Assembly (NCBI GenBank): GCA_030390025.1
Contig: CM059431.1
Location: forward strand, 105,712,001-105,776,000
Reading direction: 5' to 3'
Origin: Squalus acanthias
Taxonomy: Eukaryota
Length of the DNA: 64,000 nt
Numbering within the stretch: position 1 is the first letter of the stretch; every line of letters starts with the position of its first letter. Positions 50,859-63,837 of this stretch are shown piece after piece. The notes beneath the pieces were generated by a model, which worked only from the letters and a program-made list of their open reading frames with translations, did no database searches and had not been told where the DNA came from. Position numbers and translations under genes: made by a program.

Positions 50859-51121
50859 AGGGAGGGAAGGGAAGGGAAAGGAACGGAAGGGAGAGAAGGG
50901 AAAAAAGGGAGGGAAGGGAAAGGAAGGGGAAGGAAAGGAAAGGGGGGAAGGAAGGAAAGGGAAGGAAGGGGAAGGAAGGAAGGGAAAGGAAGTGGAAGGA
51001 AGGAAGGAAAGGAAGGAAGGGAAAGGGGGGAAGGAAGGAAGGGAAAGGAAGGAAGGGAAAGGGGGGAAGGAAGGAAGGGAGGAAGGGAGGGAGGAAGGAA
51101 GGGAGGGAAGGTGGGAAGAAG
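50859..51121. repeat. Polypurine (GGAA/GGGAA)n tract, ~260 bp
   Basis: Almost pure A/G; abuts the 3' end of the minus-strand SINE. Confidence 0.95.
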
Positions 51122-51540
51122 GGCATTTATATAGCTCCTTTCACGATCTCAGGACCTACCAAAGCGCTTTACAACCAATTAAGTACATTTGAAGTGTAGT
51201 CACTGTTGTAATGTAGGAAACACGGTGGCCAATTTGCGCAGAGCAAGCTCCCAAAAACAGCAATGTAATAATGACCAGATAATGTGTTTTAGTGATGTTC
51301 GTTGAGGGATAAATATTGGCCAGGACACTCCCCTGCTCCTCTTAGAAATAGTTCCATGGGATCTTTTACATCCACCTGAGAGGGCAGAAGTGGCCTCGGT
51401 TTGACGTCCCATCCAAAAGACGGCACCACCGACAGTGCAGCACTCCCTCAGCACTGCACTGGAGTGTCTGCCTAGATTACGTGCTCTTCTAACCTTCTAA
51501 CTAAGAGGTAAGAATGCTACCCACCGAGCCACAACTGACA
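51122..51540 (-). mobile_element. SacSINE1/DeuSINE-type SINE
   Basis: Reverse complement of 33766-34229 with small deletions. Confidence 0.85.
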
Positions 51541-52239
51541 CAAAACCGTGGGCTGGTAAATAGGCCCCTCATCGAGTTGGTGATAGTGAATATAGTAATG
51601 GGTCCAAATATCTGACAAGCGAAAATAAAGTCGACCCATCGTAACAAATGAGTCCTGTTCAAGGTTTCATTTTAATCCTTGCACAGACATCAGATTGCTG
51701 TTGAATAGATTAAACCTTGATGCACTGAATTTATTAAATTGATACAATTTTGCACAGGCTCCGCACTCTGACTAGAATATGTGAGTGGCGAGATGCATGG
51801 AATTCAAGAAGCAGTTTAAGAAAATTGTTTACAAGCAATTTTAAAATGGAAAAATGGCCATTCAAATGTAATAACCAATTCAGTAGTTCAGTTTTCCAGG
51901 TCAAATAAGGAAGATTCATACTGCTGGGAAAATCTGCGAGAGGATCGGATCTATTTTATTTTTCCTGTGAATGTTATTTTTTTTATAAAGTAACTGCATT
52001 ATTTGACTTGACACTAAACCAATAGAGACCTAGATGGATGCCTGTTCCAATCCCTGGTCTTGCTGAGTTGGCTGAATTCAGCTGGGCAAAGAGAAGGCAC
52101 TGAATTTCACCTCAGTGCCTTCAGGTTAGGAAGAGGGGGGAAAAAAAATTATGGTGTTCCTGATTGCTATCCAATAATTTCTGCTTGAAAGTTCATGAAT
52201 GCTAATTTTGGGTGGCGATGGGTTGAGGGCCTATGGGGC

Positions 52240-53199
52240 AGATGCCCTTGGAGCTGCCAGGTGCTCCATGATGATCCGCATTCATGTTAATTGGCCCTCC
52301 AATGTGTTGCTCGTGGACTCCTCCATCCAAGCCACCATCTGCAGCACATTATCTGCTGCAGCCCCGAATACTTCCCGCATCTCCAACCCCCTCAATGGCC
52401 TCCCACCCCACAACGTGCAGCGCATTCCTCATCATAGGGTGTCAGAGGTCTCAAGCCCGCAGGACACCACCACCTGTGGTCGATCTCTTCCCGGTCTTAG
52501 GGACGGCCATGTCCTCGCAAAAGAAAAGGTCAGATTGGCTTCAGTAACCATAACGTGGAGTAAAACCCAGATGTCAGCACGCAGCCCACATTAGGCATGA
52601 TGACAGACGCCATGCAACAAGAAATGACATTCCTTGTGAGGCTTTTGATGGGGGTGAATGAACGCAGAGGTGAGTGAAAGAACACTTTCGAAATGAAAAC
52701 TGGGGTTGTAAAGACCACCACTCTCCCTCACGCGCATTGATGCTAGTCAAGCATTTTACACAATGGGAGTGTGGATGGAAAGTCGCTTGGTGTAGAGCAT
52801 TCTTTGAAGTGTGCCTGGCTTCTCTTACCTTGCCTGAGCTGGTAGGCTCATTTAAATAGTTGGGGCATTGAGTGTCCATGTGCCGAATGGTGGAATTGGC
52901 ACGGACTGCTCTGGCGACTTCTTTCCACTTACCTACTGCAGCTCTCCTTGGGAAGTCTTCGGTTTGTCAGTGGTCCTCCCATCCTAGGGCTAAGCATCTG
53001 AAGCAGAGGTTCAACATTAGGATCTGCAAAGTAAAGAGCTCTGTGCTCTGTCGCAGACATCTCTAATATTTTTTTGGTGAAGAAATTCCTTTGGTGCAGG
53101 CAAAACAAAGTCTGGTGTTGTGACATCGTTAAACTGCCAGAAGCACAGCACAGATGTCCCACAGCACAGATGTCCCACAGCACTACAATTTTCTACCCC
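52240..53199. mobile_element. Degenerate Harbinger-type element remnant
   Basis: Ends in AATTTTCTACCCC like the 43241 MITE; left boundary uncertain. Confidence 0.4.
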
Positions 53200-53315
53200 A
53201 AATTGAAGGGTTTTTACAATTAATAGTGTTTCCAGTGCCTGCTGCACACATTAATGACTCTAAATCTAGGAATTACAGTAGGGTCAGAGCTCGCGGGTGG
53301 AAGTCTTGCCCCTGA

Positions 53316-53712
53316 ATAAAGAAATAACTTGCATTTATATAGCACCTTTCACAACCTTAGGATGTCCCAAAGCTCTTTACAGTCAATGAAGTATTAAACA
53401 ACAAGGTGATAATGACCAAATTATCTGTTTTCGTGATGTTGGTTGAGGGATAAATATTGGCCAGATCACCAGGGAGAACTCTCCTGCTCTTCTTTGAAAT
53501 TGTGCCATGGGATCTTTTACGTCCACCTGAGAGGGCAGACGGGGCCTCAGTTTAACATCTCATCTGAAAGACAGCACCTCCGACAGTGCAGCGCTCCCTC
53601 AGCACTGTACTGGAGTGTAGCCTAGATTTTGTGCTCATGTCTCTGGAGTGGGGCTATGAACCCACGACCTTCTGACTCAGAGGCAAGCATGCTACCCACT
53701 GAGCCACGGCTA
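53316..53712 (-). mobile_element. SacSINE1/DeuSINE-type SINE
   Basis: tRNA head on minus (GTGGCTCAGTGGGTAGC...GGGTTCATAGCC) and Deu-like core. Confidence 0.85.
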
Positions 53713-53899
53713 ACAGGTCGTTCAGGTGAATAATAACAGATTTCCCAAGCATGTTCTGTCCTGCAAGCATAATACAAGGCAAACAAGCGAGAGCTGGACC
53801 TGTTTCTGGCTGGGGCGGACATCGCCTCTTACAGAAGGTAGGTACTTCAGGGAATGCAAGGCCAGAGTGATCTCCTGGACTAGTTTCAATCACCTAGAT

Positions 53900-54335
53900 A
53901 GAAACATAGAAACATAGAATCTAGGAGCAGGAGTAGGCCATTCGGCCCGTCGAGCCTGCTCCGCCATTCAATACGATCATGGCTGATCATCCAAATCCAG
54001 TACCCTGTCCCTGCTTTATATCCCCACAGTACACATATCCCACCCTACCCCCGTAACCCCACGTATTTAATTCCCCCTAACATATCCCATCCTATCCAAT
54101 CCCCATAACCCCACATATTTAATCCCCCCTAACATTAAGGGTCAATTTATCATAGCCAAATCAACCTAACCCACGCATTTTTGGACTGTGGGAGGAAACC
54201 GGAGCACCCGGAGGAAACCCACGCAGACACGGGGAGAATGTGCAAACTCCACACAGACAGTCACCCGAGGTCAGATTCGAACCCGGGTTTCTGGCGCTGT
54301 GAGGCACCAGTGCTAACCACTATGCCACCGTGTTG
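53900..54335 (-). mobile_element. HE1-type V-SINE with a CR1-derived tail
   Basis: Minus: tRNA head GGTGGCATAGTGG...GGTTCGAATC; V-domain GTGTGGAGTTTGCACATTCTCCCCGTGTCTGCGTGGGTTTCCTCCGGG; tail nearly identical to the CR1 3' ends at 20040 and 40232. Confidence 0.88.
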
Positions 54336-55826
54336 CATAGATGGGTCGGAGAGGAATTTCCCAGATTTTTTTCTCCAAATTGGCCTGGGTTTTTTCCTGG
54401 TTTTCGCCCCTCCAGGAGATCACATGGTTTCGGGTGGGGAGCGTATACGTTGTGATGCACAATTGTGTGGGACAGGCTGGATGGGCCAGAGGGACTTTAC
54501 CTGTCTGTCATTGTTCATAGGTTCACTGTTCGTAATTGTGGGATGTTAGTGGTAATATTTTACGGCTGGATTGAAGTGCAGCCTGAAGCTTGTGGCACTG
54601 ACAAACTACTGGGAGTTGCTTGGAGCAGACTAACCTGAATGGCATTTAATATTAGGACAGGGGCTGGATTATGAAATGCAATGCTGTCAACGGTTGCAAG
54701 AGAAACAGTTGCTGAGGAGACAACGTCAACACCAATGGCAGCGCCAACCATCTGTCCGAAAGGAGATGTTTGCCTACACACGCTTGGGAAGCCAAGCGAT
54801 TCACAGATTGGAATACAGAAATATAGATGAGTCCACAGGAAATTAATTACTCTTGAACCAGATCAAAGGGGCAACCTTCCACTTTGCATGACGTCAACAA
54901 ATATGTTCTTGATAGAAGCAGTATCTCCTCCCAGAGTTCAGACTAAAGCATGCGTCAGTGTTTTTTTTAAAAGAATACAGATCACAGAGGTAACTGGTAA
55001 CAGGAAAATAAGGAAGTTAGGCAGAGTTCAGCTGGAACTCAGCTTCTTCGCATAATTTAACAGGACTCAATCAAATAAAAATTGATTGTGGCTGACAATT
55101 GACTGAACACAATTATCCATAATTATTGCACTCTTAATTAAGGCGCACCTGCATCGTGAGATGCAGATGGTCTCATCTGGTTCTTTTTCTCTCTCTTGGA
55201 GAGTCTGGCTAAAAAAATATAATCAACAGTCAGAATGGGGTTCCTCTTGTCCTTATTAACTGGAAATGAGCTTTCTGTGTTGGGGCAGTATTAAAGGAAC
55301 GGAAAAGAAAAAGAATCTGTAACGATCTGTCAATTGCCTCTTCTGTATTCACGAGCAGCAGCTGCCTTATCTCCTTGCTAATGGATAGTTCCACAGGACA
55401 CGACAGGGGAAAAAAAATTGCATTTACATTTGAAATTCAACAATCATCTATGGGAACAGATAGGTTTGAAGTAAATGAGGCACAATTTCCAATACTGTGC
55501 TCCAACTAATGACCAATTTCAGAGCTAAATATAATACTTTATTTCAGTTGCACCTTTTTGAACTGACAGGCACTAGCTGGTAAAACTCCTTAATGTGAGT
55601 CTCTTGAGATTTCGCTGGCCCTGGATATCCTTAAGGAAGTGAGAGGGGCAAAAAGGGTAAATATATTTGAATTACCATTAACCTTTGTAAGGGGATGGTG
55701 CCAGAGTGTTATTATTTAGTCACAAACCCCCCTCCTTGTACTTAACTTCTTCATAAATTGCCATTCTGCCGTTAACTGAGAGGTGAGGATACAATGGATC
55801 ATTGGCTTTCTTCATGAATAACTGAC

Positions 55827-56715
55827 AACAACATCTTGTACTGATATAGTGCCTTTAACGTAGTAAAACGTCCCAAGGCGCTTCACAACAAAATTTGACA
55901 CTGAGCCACATAAGGAGATATTAGGAGAGGCGACCAAAAGCTTAGTCAAAGAGATAATTAAAAAAAAGAAAGACTTGCATTTATAAAGCGCCTTTCACCA
56001 CCTCAGGTCGTCGCAAAATACTTTACAGCCATTTAAGTACTTTTGAAATCTAGTCACTGTTGCAATGTAGAAGACACGGCAGCCATTTGCACACAGCAAG
56101 CTCCCACAATCAGCAATGTGATAATGACCAGATAATCTGTTTTAGTGATGTTGGTTGAGGGGATAAATATCGGCCAGGACACCGGGGAGAACTCCCCTGC
56201 TGTTCCTCGAAGTCGAGCCATGGGAGCTTTTATATCCACCTGAGAGGGCAGACGGGGCCTTGGTTTACCGTTTCATCTGAAAGACGGCACCTCCAACAGT
56301 GCAGCACTCCCTCAGTACTGCACTGGGAGTATCAGCCTATGTATTGTGCCCAAGTCTCTGGAGTGGGACTCAAGCCCACAACCTTCTGACTCAGAGGCAA
56401 GAGTGCTACTCACTGAACCACAGCTGACACTTAAGGAGCACTTAAAGGAGGAGAGTGAGGCAGAGAGGTTTAGGGTGAGAATTTCAGAGCTTAGGACCTA
56501 GGCAGCTGAAGGCACGGCCACGATGAAAATCAGTGATGCGCAAAAAGACAGAATTTGAGGAGCACAGAGATCTCGGAGGGTTGCAGGGTTAGAGGAGGTT
56601 ACAGAGATAGAGAGGGGTGAGGCCATGGAGGGATTTGAAAACAAGGATGAGATTTTTAAGATTGAGGCGTTGCCGGACCGGGAGCCACGATAGTTCAGCA
56701 AGCACAGGGGTGATG
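55827..56715 (-). mobile_element. L2 LINE 3' end interrupted by a SacSINE1-type SINE (55958-56430, minus)
   Basis: L2 tail 55827-55955 resumes at 56431; the insert has a tRNA head and Deu-like core. Confidence 0.85.
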
Positions 56716-57061
56716 TGCCTCAGCAGGATTAAGTTTTTGCAGTACGCCTGGATTACACATTGATTACTGCCGAACGCATAGTATTCAGATAACCTGTGAC
56801 TTTGATTGCTTGCACGACATATTTAGGCACAGCATACATTCCAGCTGCAACGTACAACTAGAACTTTTGCCATTCTTGCATCTTAAACGAACTATACACA
56901 CACACACGAAAAAAAATCTTTAGCATACACTAGCAGCAGGATGCTTGCTCCTTTGCTCACTTACACTGAGATGAAGATTGGGCACTTTGGTGTCACTTTA
57001 TATACTCTTGAAAATTACACCACTGAACTACAATTTTGCAAAATTGCACTCTTCACCCGTC

Positions 57062-57505
57062 AGGAATGGATACAAGGTCATTGTGTCAGTGAACAGCCCC
57101 ACTCCTGACCTTATGACAGGCGATGGTCATTAATGAAGCAGCTGAAGATGGCTGGATCGAGGACACTTCCCTGAGGAACTCCTGCAATAATGCCCTGTGT
57201 CTGTGATGACTGGCCTCCAACAACTACAGCCATCTTCGTTTGTATGACTTCAGCCCTTTGACCCCCCATTGTGCTCAGTTTTGCTAGGGCTCCTCGGTGC
57301 CAGAATTGGTTGCATGCTGCCTTGATGTTGAGGAACAGCTCATTTTGACTCTCTTCCAACGTTCAGTTCTTGTCTCCGTGTCTGGATCGAGACTGTGATG
57401 AGGTTTGGAGCCAAGTGGTTCTGGCAGAGCCTGAACTGTGTCAGTGAGCAGGTTATTGGTGAGTAGGCGTTACTTGATTGAACTATTGATGACTCCTTCC
57501 AATGC
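57062..57505 (-). mobile_element. Degenerate RT fragment, third LINE family
   Basis: IAGVPQGSVLDPAIFSCFIND. Confidence 0.75.
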
Positions 57506-57532
57506 ATTGGAAAGGTAAGTTTCCTTTCAATA

Positions 57533-58620
57533 ACAACAACAACAACTTGTATTTATATAGCGCCTTTAACGTAGTAAAACGTCCAAAGGCGCTGCACAGC
57601 AGTATTATAAGACAAAAAATTTGACACCGATCCACATAAGGATAAATTAGGGCAGGTGACCAAAAGCTTGGTCAAAGAGGTAGGTTTTAAGAAGCGTCTT
57701 AAAGGAGGAGAGAGAGGTAGCGAGGCGGAGAGGTTTAGGCAGGGAATTCCAGAGCTTAGGGCCCAGGCAACAGAAGGTAGGCCGCCAATGGTTGAGCAAT
57801 TATAATCAGGGATGCTCAAGAGGGCAGAATTAGAGAGCGCAGATATCTCGGGGGGGTTGTGGGGCTGGAGGAGATTACAGAGATAGGAAGGGGCGAGGTC
57901 CATGGAGGGATTTGAAAACAAGGATGAGAATTTTGAAATCGAGGCGCTGCTTAACCAGGAGCCAATGTAGGTCAGCGAGCACAGGGGTGATGGGCGAACG
58001 GGACTTGGTGCGAGTTAGGACACGGGCAGCCGAGTTTTGGATGACCTCAAGTTTACGTAGGGTGGAATGTTGGAGGCCAGCCAGGAGTGTGTTGGAATAG
58101 TCAAGTCTAGAGGTAACAAAGGCATGGATGAGGGTTTCAGCAGCAGATGAGCTGAGGCAAGGGCGAAGACAGGCGATGTTACGGAGGTGGAAGTAGGCGG
58201 TCTTTGTTATGCTGCGGATATGTGGTCAGAAGCTCATTTCAGGGTCAAATATGACACCAAGGTTGCGAACAGTGTGGTTCAGCCTCAGACAGATGTTAGG
58301 GAGAGGGGTGGAGTCAGTGGCTAGGGAACGGAGTTTGTGGCGGGGACCGAAAACAATGGCTTCGGTCTTCCCAATATTTAATTGGAGAAAATTTTTGCTC
58401 ATCCAGAACTGTAAGTCGGACAAGCAGTCTGACAATTTAGAGGCCGTGGAGGGGTCGAGAGAAGAGGTAATGAGGTAGAGCTGGGTGTCGTCAGCGTACA
58501 TGTCGAAACTGACGCTGTGTTTTCGGATGATGTCGCCAAGGGGCAACATGTAGATGAGAAATAGGAGGGGGCCTAGGATAGATCCTCGGGGGACACCAGA
58601 GTTAACGATGTGGGAGCAGG
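57533..58620 (-). mobile_element. L2 LINE, 5'-truncated, includes the RT catalytic motif
   Basis: GVPRGSILGPLLFLIYMLPLGDIIRKH...YADDTQLYL; (AAC)n tail. Confidence 0.92.
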
Positions 58621-58986
58621 TATTTTGTGGTGGTCAATTAGAAAGGGCACCCCTAGAAGGAGGATAGAGCCATCCTCTGTTCAAATTGTTTTTTTGTCAG
58701 TAAGTGATTCCCTTAAGTGCCCATTGGAAATGGCTGCCTAGCAGCCGGAGCTCTTCTTAAGAGCTAGGGTTGCATTATGGAGAAGCCTCCTTATTTGCAT
58801 AATTTTAGGAACCTTAATGAACTTGCACATGTTCTGAGTGCCAGCAATTTTTCCGGCAGACTGCATTGAACACGAAGTAGCCCTCGGGCCTACCCCAAGC
58901 CAAATAAATGGGCTGCCTGCCATTTTATTATCATTCTTCATTGAGTCACCTGAAGTCTCTCTTGTGCATCATCTAAAGGCTGGTTC

Positions 58987-60046
58987 ATAGAATTACATGA
59001 AATGTACACACAGAAACAGGACATTCGGCCCAACTGGTCCATGCCGGTGTTTGTGCACCACACGAGCCTCCTCCCATCCGTCTTCATCTCACCCTATCAG
59101 CATATCCTTCTATTCCTTTCTCCCTCATGTGCTTATCTAACTTCCCCTTAAATACATCTGTGCTATTTTTTTAAATTCGTTCCTGGGACGTGGGCGTCGC
59201 TGACAAGGCCAGCATTTATTGCCCATCCCTAATGGCCCTTGAGAAGGTGGTGGTGAGCCGCCGCCTTGAACCGTTGCAGTCCTTGTGGTGAAAGTACTCT
59301 CACAGTGCTGTTAGGGAGGGAGTTCCAGGATTTTGACCCAGCGACGATGAAGGAACGGTGATATATTTAATAAGACCATAAGAACATAAGACGTAGGAGC
59401 AGGAGTAGGTCATTTGGCCCCTCGAGCCTGGTCCGCCATTCAATAAGATCATGGCTGATCTGATCTTGGCCTCAACTCCACTTTCCTGCCTGCTCCCCAT
59501 AACCCTTGACTCCCTTACATTTCAAAAATCTGTCTATCTCCACCTTAAATATATTCAATGACTCAGCCTCCACAGCTCTCTGGGGAAGAGAATTCCAAAG
59601 ATTCACGACCCTCTGAGAGAAGAAATTCCTCCTCATTTCCGATTTAAAAGGGTGCCCCCTTATTCTGAAATTATGCCCCCTAGTTCTAGATTCCCCCATG
59701 AGGGGAAACATCCTCTCTGCGTCTACCCTGTCAAGCCCCTTCAGAATCTTATACAAGATCCCCTCTCATTCTTCTAAACTCCTCACCTCAACCACTCCAT
59801 GTGGTAGCGTGCTTCACATACTAACAATTCTCTGGGTGAAGAAGTTTCTCCTGAATTCCCGATTGGATTTATTAGCGACTATCTTATATTTATGACCCCT
59901 AGTTTTGGACTCCCCCACAAGTGGAAACATCTTCTCTGCGTCGACCCTATCAAACCCCTTCCAGAATCTGAAAGACCTCTATCAGGTCACCCCTTGGCCT
60001 TCTCTTTTCTAGAGAAAAGAGCCCCAGTCTGTTCAAAGTTTCCTGA
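58987..60046 (-). mobile_element. Stack of three LINE 3' ends: CR1 (58987-59166, resumes 59781-60046), third-family tail (59167-59366), CR1 (59371-59780)
   Basis: Three separate tails; peptide MYKILKGLDRVDAERMFPLMGESRTRGH. Confidence 0.8.
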
Positions 60047-60579
60047 GGTTCAAGAACAGCATTGACGGAAACCTTGTGCAGTCTGCCTCCAGGCAGAATC
60101 AATCCGAGTGGTGCGGCGAGAGTTTCCATCTGCCTTTTTTACAATGGCCAGCAATCTGGTTTTCAATTTGCCGTTGTTTCTGAGCACAAGCAGTAGGACT
60201 TATCACTGAACTGCTGCCTACTTTTTATTTTACCTCTTTACTGTTTTGAGTTACTGCCAGTGGAAATGAGGTCAACAGAAATTGGAAGAATGCCACAGCC
60301 ATTCAAAGACTGCTCCCTGGATCACTGGTCTGGTTTGCGTTTTCACTTGAACAACAATGATGTCCATGGGAGACCATTTTTTATTTTAAATTCATCACTT
60401 CATATATATTTAATTTATTTTACATTTCAAATATGAGAGAACAAAAAGAAAATTACAGCCACGGCTCCCTTGACTACTTTCTCTGTGTTCCTCGTATGAT
60501 GTTCAAGCTTTTCCTGTATCAATCCTTACTTCAAAATATACAATAACCCATTGATACTTAAATATTTGCTTTAAATTTT

Positions 60580-61030
60580 AGTTGGTAGCGCTCTCGCCTC
60601 TGAGTCAGAAGGTTGTGGGTTCAAGTCCCACTCCAGAGACTTGAGCACAAAAATCCAGGCTGATACTCCAGTGCAGTACTGAGGGAATGCTGCACTGTCG
60701 GAGGTGCCGTCTTTCAGATGAGACGTTAAACCGAGGCCCTTTCTGCTTTCTCAGGTGGATGTAAAAGATCCCACGGCACTAGTTCGAAGAAGAGCAGGGG
60801 AGTTATCCCTGGTGTCCTGGCCAATATTTATCCCTCAATCAACATAACAAAAACAGATTATCTGGTCATTATCACATTGCTGTTTGTGGGAGCTTGCTGT
60901 GCGCAAATTAGCTGCCGTGTTTCCTACATTATAACAGTGACTACACTTCAAAAATACTTGATTGGCTGTAAAGCGCTTTGAGACGGTGGTCGTGAAAGAA
61001 GCTATAGAAGTGCAAGTCAGTCTTTCTTCT
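60580..61030 (+). mobile_element. SacSINE1/DeuSINE-type SINE
   Basis: B box GGTTCAAGTCC, Deu-like core, L2-like tail. Confidence 0.9.
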
Positions 61031-62215
61031 TCCATCCTTCCTTCGCTTCCCTCATCCTTTGTTTGTATCTCATTGGTTGGGGGTGTGTGAGCTTTCTTTA
61101 TTTTTTCCATTCTCGCTGAATTTCAATTGGTGCAGGCTTCTTACCTGTGCTTTCTCGTGCAGCTGGAATCTACACTTTGGAGAGGAAAGGGAGGTTGGAG
61201 AATTCAACAGACTCCTTTCTGCAAGAGTTTCAGTTGCAGAAGTATAATTGGACGTCCACCAAAAACACTTAGGCCCGTGTGTAGATACAGTGAAGCTCTC
61301 GTAACCACCAGGATCATGATTGAGCACACCGGAGGACTCTTGAGACTGCACCCGAGATGTCCAAACAGACCAGGGGTGCATTACAGCAACCCTTCCTTCC
61401 TCACCAGGATCATTGTACTGTGCTCCATAAGCTTGTACTGCAAAGGGACCGAAGAAGGTCAAAATCAGAAGGGTTGCCAACACAGGAGGAAGGCAGTGAA
61501 AAATGAGCAAATTACTCCAGAAACACTAGAGCAGCCTGGATAATTGTGCTCATACAAAATGCTTTCTGTTCTTCATATTCTAAAAAAAGCTCACATAAAA
61601 CACTGCACTCAGCATTTCTTCCACCCCATCAATACCAATCGTTTGATGTGGTACTCTGCAAAAAAAAATCACCGAGACATTCTTGGCATGATGTCCAAAT
61701 CAAGTGTATTGAGATTATTGAATAAATTGCATAATGTGCAAATGATGGCAGGGTTTTTTTTTTTTGCTACAGTTCTTCCCCTCTTTGTGCTGTGGATTGT
61801 ACGCGACATCCAACAACTAACCGAGAACTTCTTTGAAGTGAGTTGACCGAATACAGGCCTTCAATTCACGGCCGGCTCGGATTCTGCTGGGTCCCAGATC
61901 TCCGCCAGAGACCCTGGCTGTGACTTATCCACATCCGAGACTGTGGCGGCTGAATGGTGTTGGATGCTTTAAGCTACCTCCTCCCGTGCCAAGGTGCACC
62001 AAACTGCTGCTTGTGGGAGAGGAGCGGGTACATGAACCTGTGTGACTACTTTCTCCGGTTCTTTTTCAGAAGGGGTTTGTAGCTTTTGGCCCATAAAGCA
62101 AGTTTTCTTCAGGCATCCCACCCAATTCTGCTGAGTAAACAGCATGATTTGACTTCCCAGTGATATTTCAGGTTTTTTCCCATTCCAGCTTCTTCGGAAC
62201 TTGGAGGCGTGTGGT

Positions 62216-62251
<36 letters not shown>

Positions 62252-62303
62252 GGGGGGGGGGAGCGGGAGAGGTGAGTTGGGGTGAGGAAGTGGGGGGGGG
62301 GGG
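62216..62303 (+). repeat. Poly-G tract
   Basis: A run of about 35 G followed by further G runs. Confidence 0.9.
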
Positions 62304-63285
62304 TCTGACTTTAACCAATCTTGGCAGGCAGGAACTGGACAGCCATGCAGTTAAATTCACTCCAAAAACTCACCGTTCCATTCCCACTTGGTGCCATGTT
62401 AATGGGGCCTTTTCTTTTTTTTAGGTGGCCTCGGTGCATGCCTGACAGAGGCAGGAGCCTCTTTAATACAGACAAATCAAGGTCCTACGATGTAATTAGT
62501 ACCCCAATAGCCCCAATGAGCGAGGCGCCTACCACGGCTGCCTCGTGGAGTTAAACCCATCGGGGAAGAAGCATGACTCCTATAAGGTCAATCGTTATGG
62601 GGCTAGTAGCTGCAAGTTTGCTCTTCTGGACCCTGCATGGAAAGTCTGGACCTCCGCTACCCGGGTCTCCCTCCCTTTCTACTCGCAAGAACCTGTCAAA
62701 TCCCCCGCCACCCCCCTCCCCCACCCCCACCACTTGCCAGTGGGCAGCCTGGGCCTTTATTTCCATTTCAACAGGGGGGAGAGATGAAGACAACTGGTCA
62801 GTGGGATGTATATAAGGCTCGGGTGTTTATATAGCCCAGCCTCAAATTGACTCAATTGGTGAAGGATGGTTGGTGTTAACTTGCCTAAAATCTGCTCCCA
62901 CGTAAATCCTCCCCCCTCCGCCCCGTTGAAAAAAATCAAATCCCACCCTGCCAGAGACATCTCGCAGTCAGAATGCCTGGGCCCAAATAGCCACATTTTC
63001 TGATCTGGACAATGGAGACACACTGCAGAGCTTCCGTTCCTCCCACTGCTGCTAGATCAAGTGTTCTATATATCGTAGCTATGTTTGTGTGGATGTCTGG
63101 AGTAGTTTCCATCAAAATTCACCTCAATCGGGGGCAAAACATTATTTACTTTCGTGGTACAGTTTATACCATGGATTTCATTCAGGAACAAATCTGTTGT
63201 TTAAAAGTTTCAGAGAAAAACATTTCCTTCTTTTTGTAAATTCAGTGGTATAACAGTGTGTACCCAAAGTAAAGAGACCTGAGAA

Positions 63286-63552
63286 CACAGAATCACAGGA
63301 TATTACAGCACAGAATGAGACCATTCAGCCCGTCGTGCCTCTTTGAAAGAGCTCTCCAATTAGGCCCACTCCCCTGCTCTTTCCCCAGAGCCCTGCAATC
63401 TTCTCCCCTTCAAGCAGTTTTCCAATTCCCTTTTGAAAGATACTGTTGCATCTGCTGTCACCACTCTTTCAGGCAGCGCATTCCGGATCATCATAACTCG
63501 CTGTGTCAAAACAAATTCTCCTCATCTCCCCTCTGGTTCTTTTGCCAATTAC
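63286..63552 (-). mobile_element. CR1 LINE 3' end
   Basis: Same subfamily tail as 16366-16845 and 18535-18863. Confidence 0.85.
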
Positions 63553-63837
63553 AAATGTGTCGCAAGAATCTTTCCTTGGTGCTTATTGAGAGCACAGAAA
63601 ATGGTGGAGAGATTTACTGGACAAAACTGACAGGGCTGAAGGGTTCTCAAATGTTAATGCACAGTGCAATAATTCTGGTTCAGCAAGTGCTGGTTAAGTC
63701 TGAGTTTCAACTTCTAGATCCTTGGAACACATTTTCAAGAAACAACACTGTCTGGGAGGGCATCCCACGGGCTGGAGAAGTGGTACATGATGAGTTTTTA
63801 CTGGTAGTCTACAGGAAGCTTTGGATTGGTACACAAT

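Noticed and set aside
50810..51199. G/K/R/E-rich and F/P/L/S-rich ORFs
   Set aside because: Translations of a simple polypurine repeat
62109..62424. Poly-Gly and poly-Pro ORFs; G-quadruplex significance
   Set aside because: They come from a poly-G run whose length may be unreliable; no evidence of coding or function
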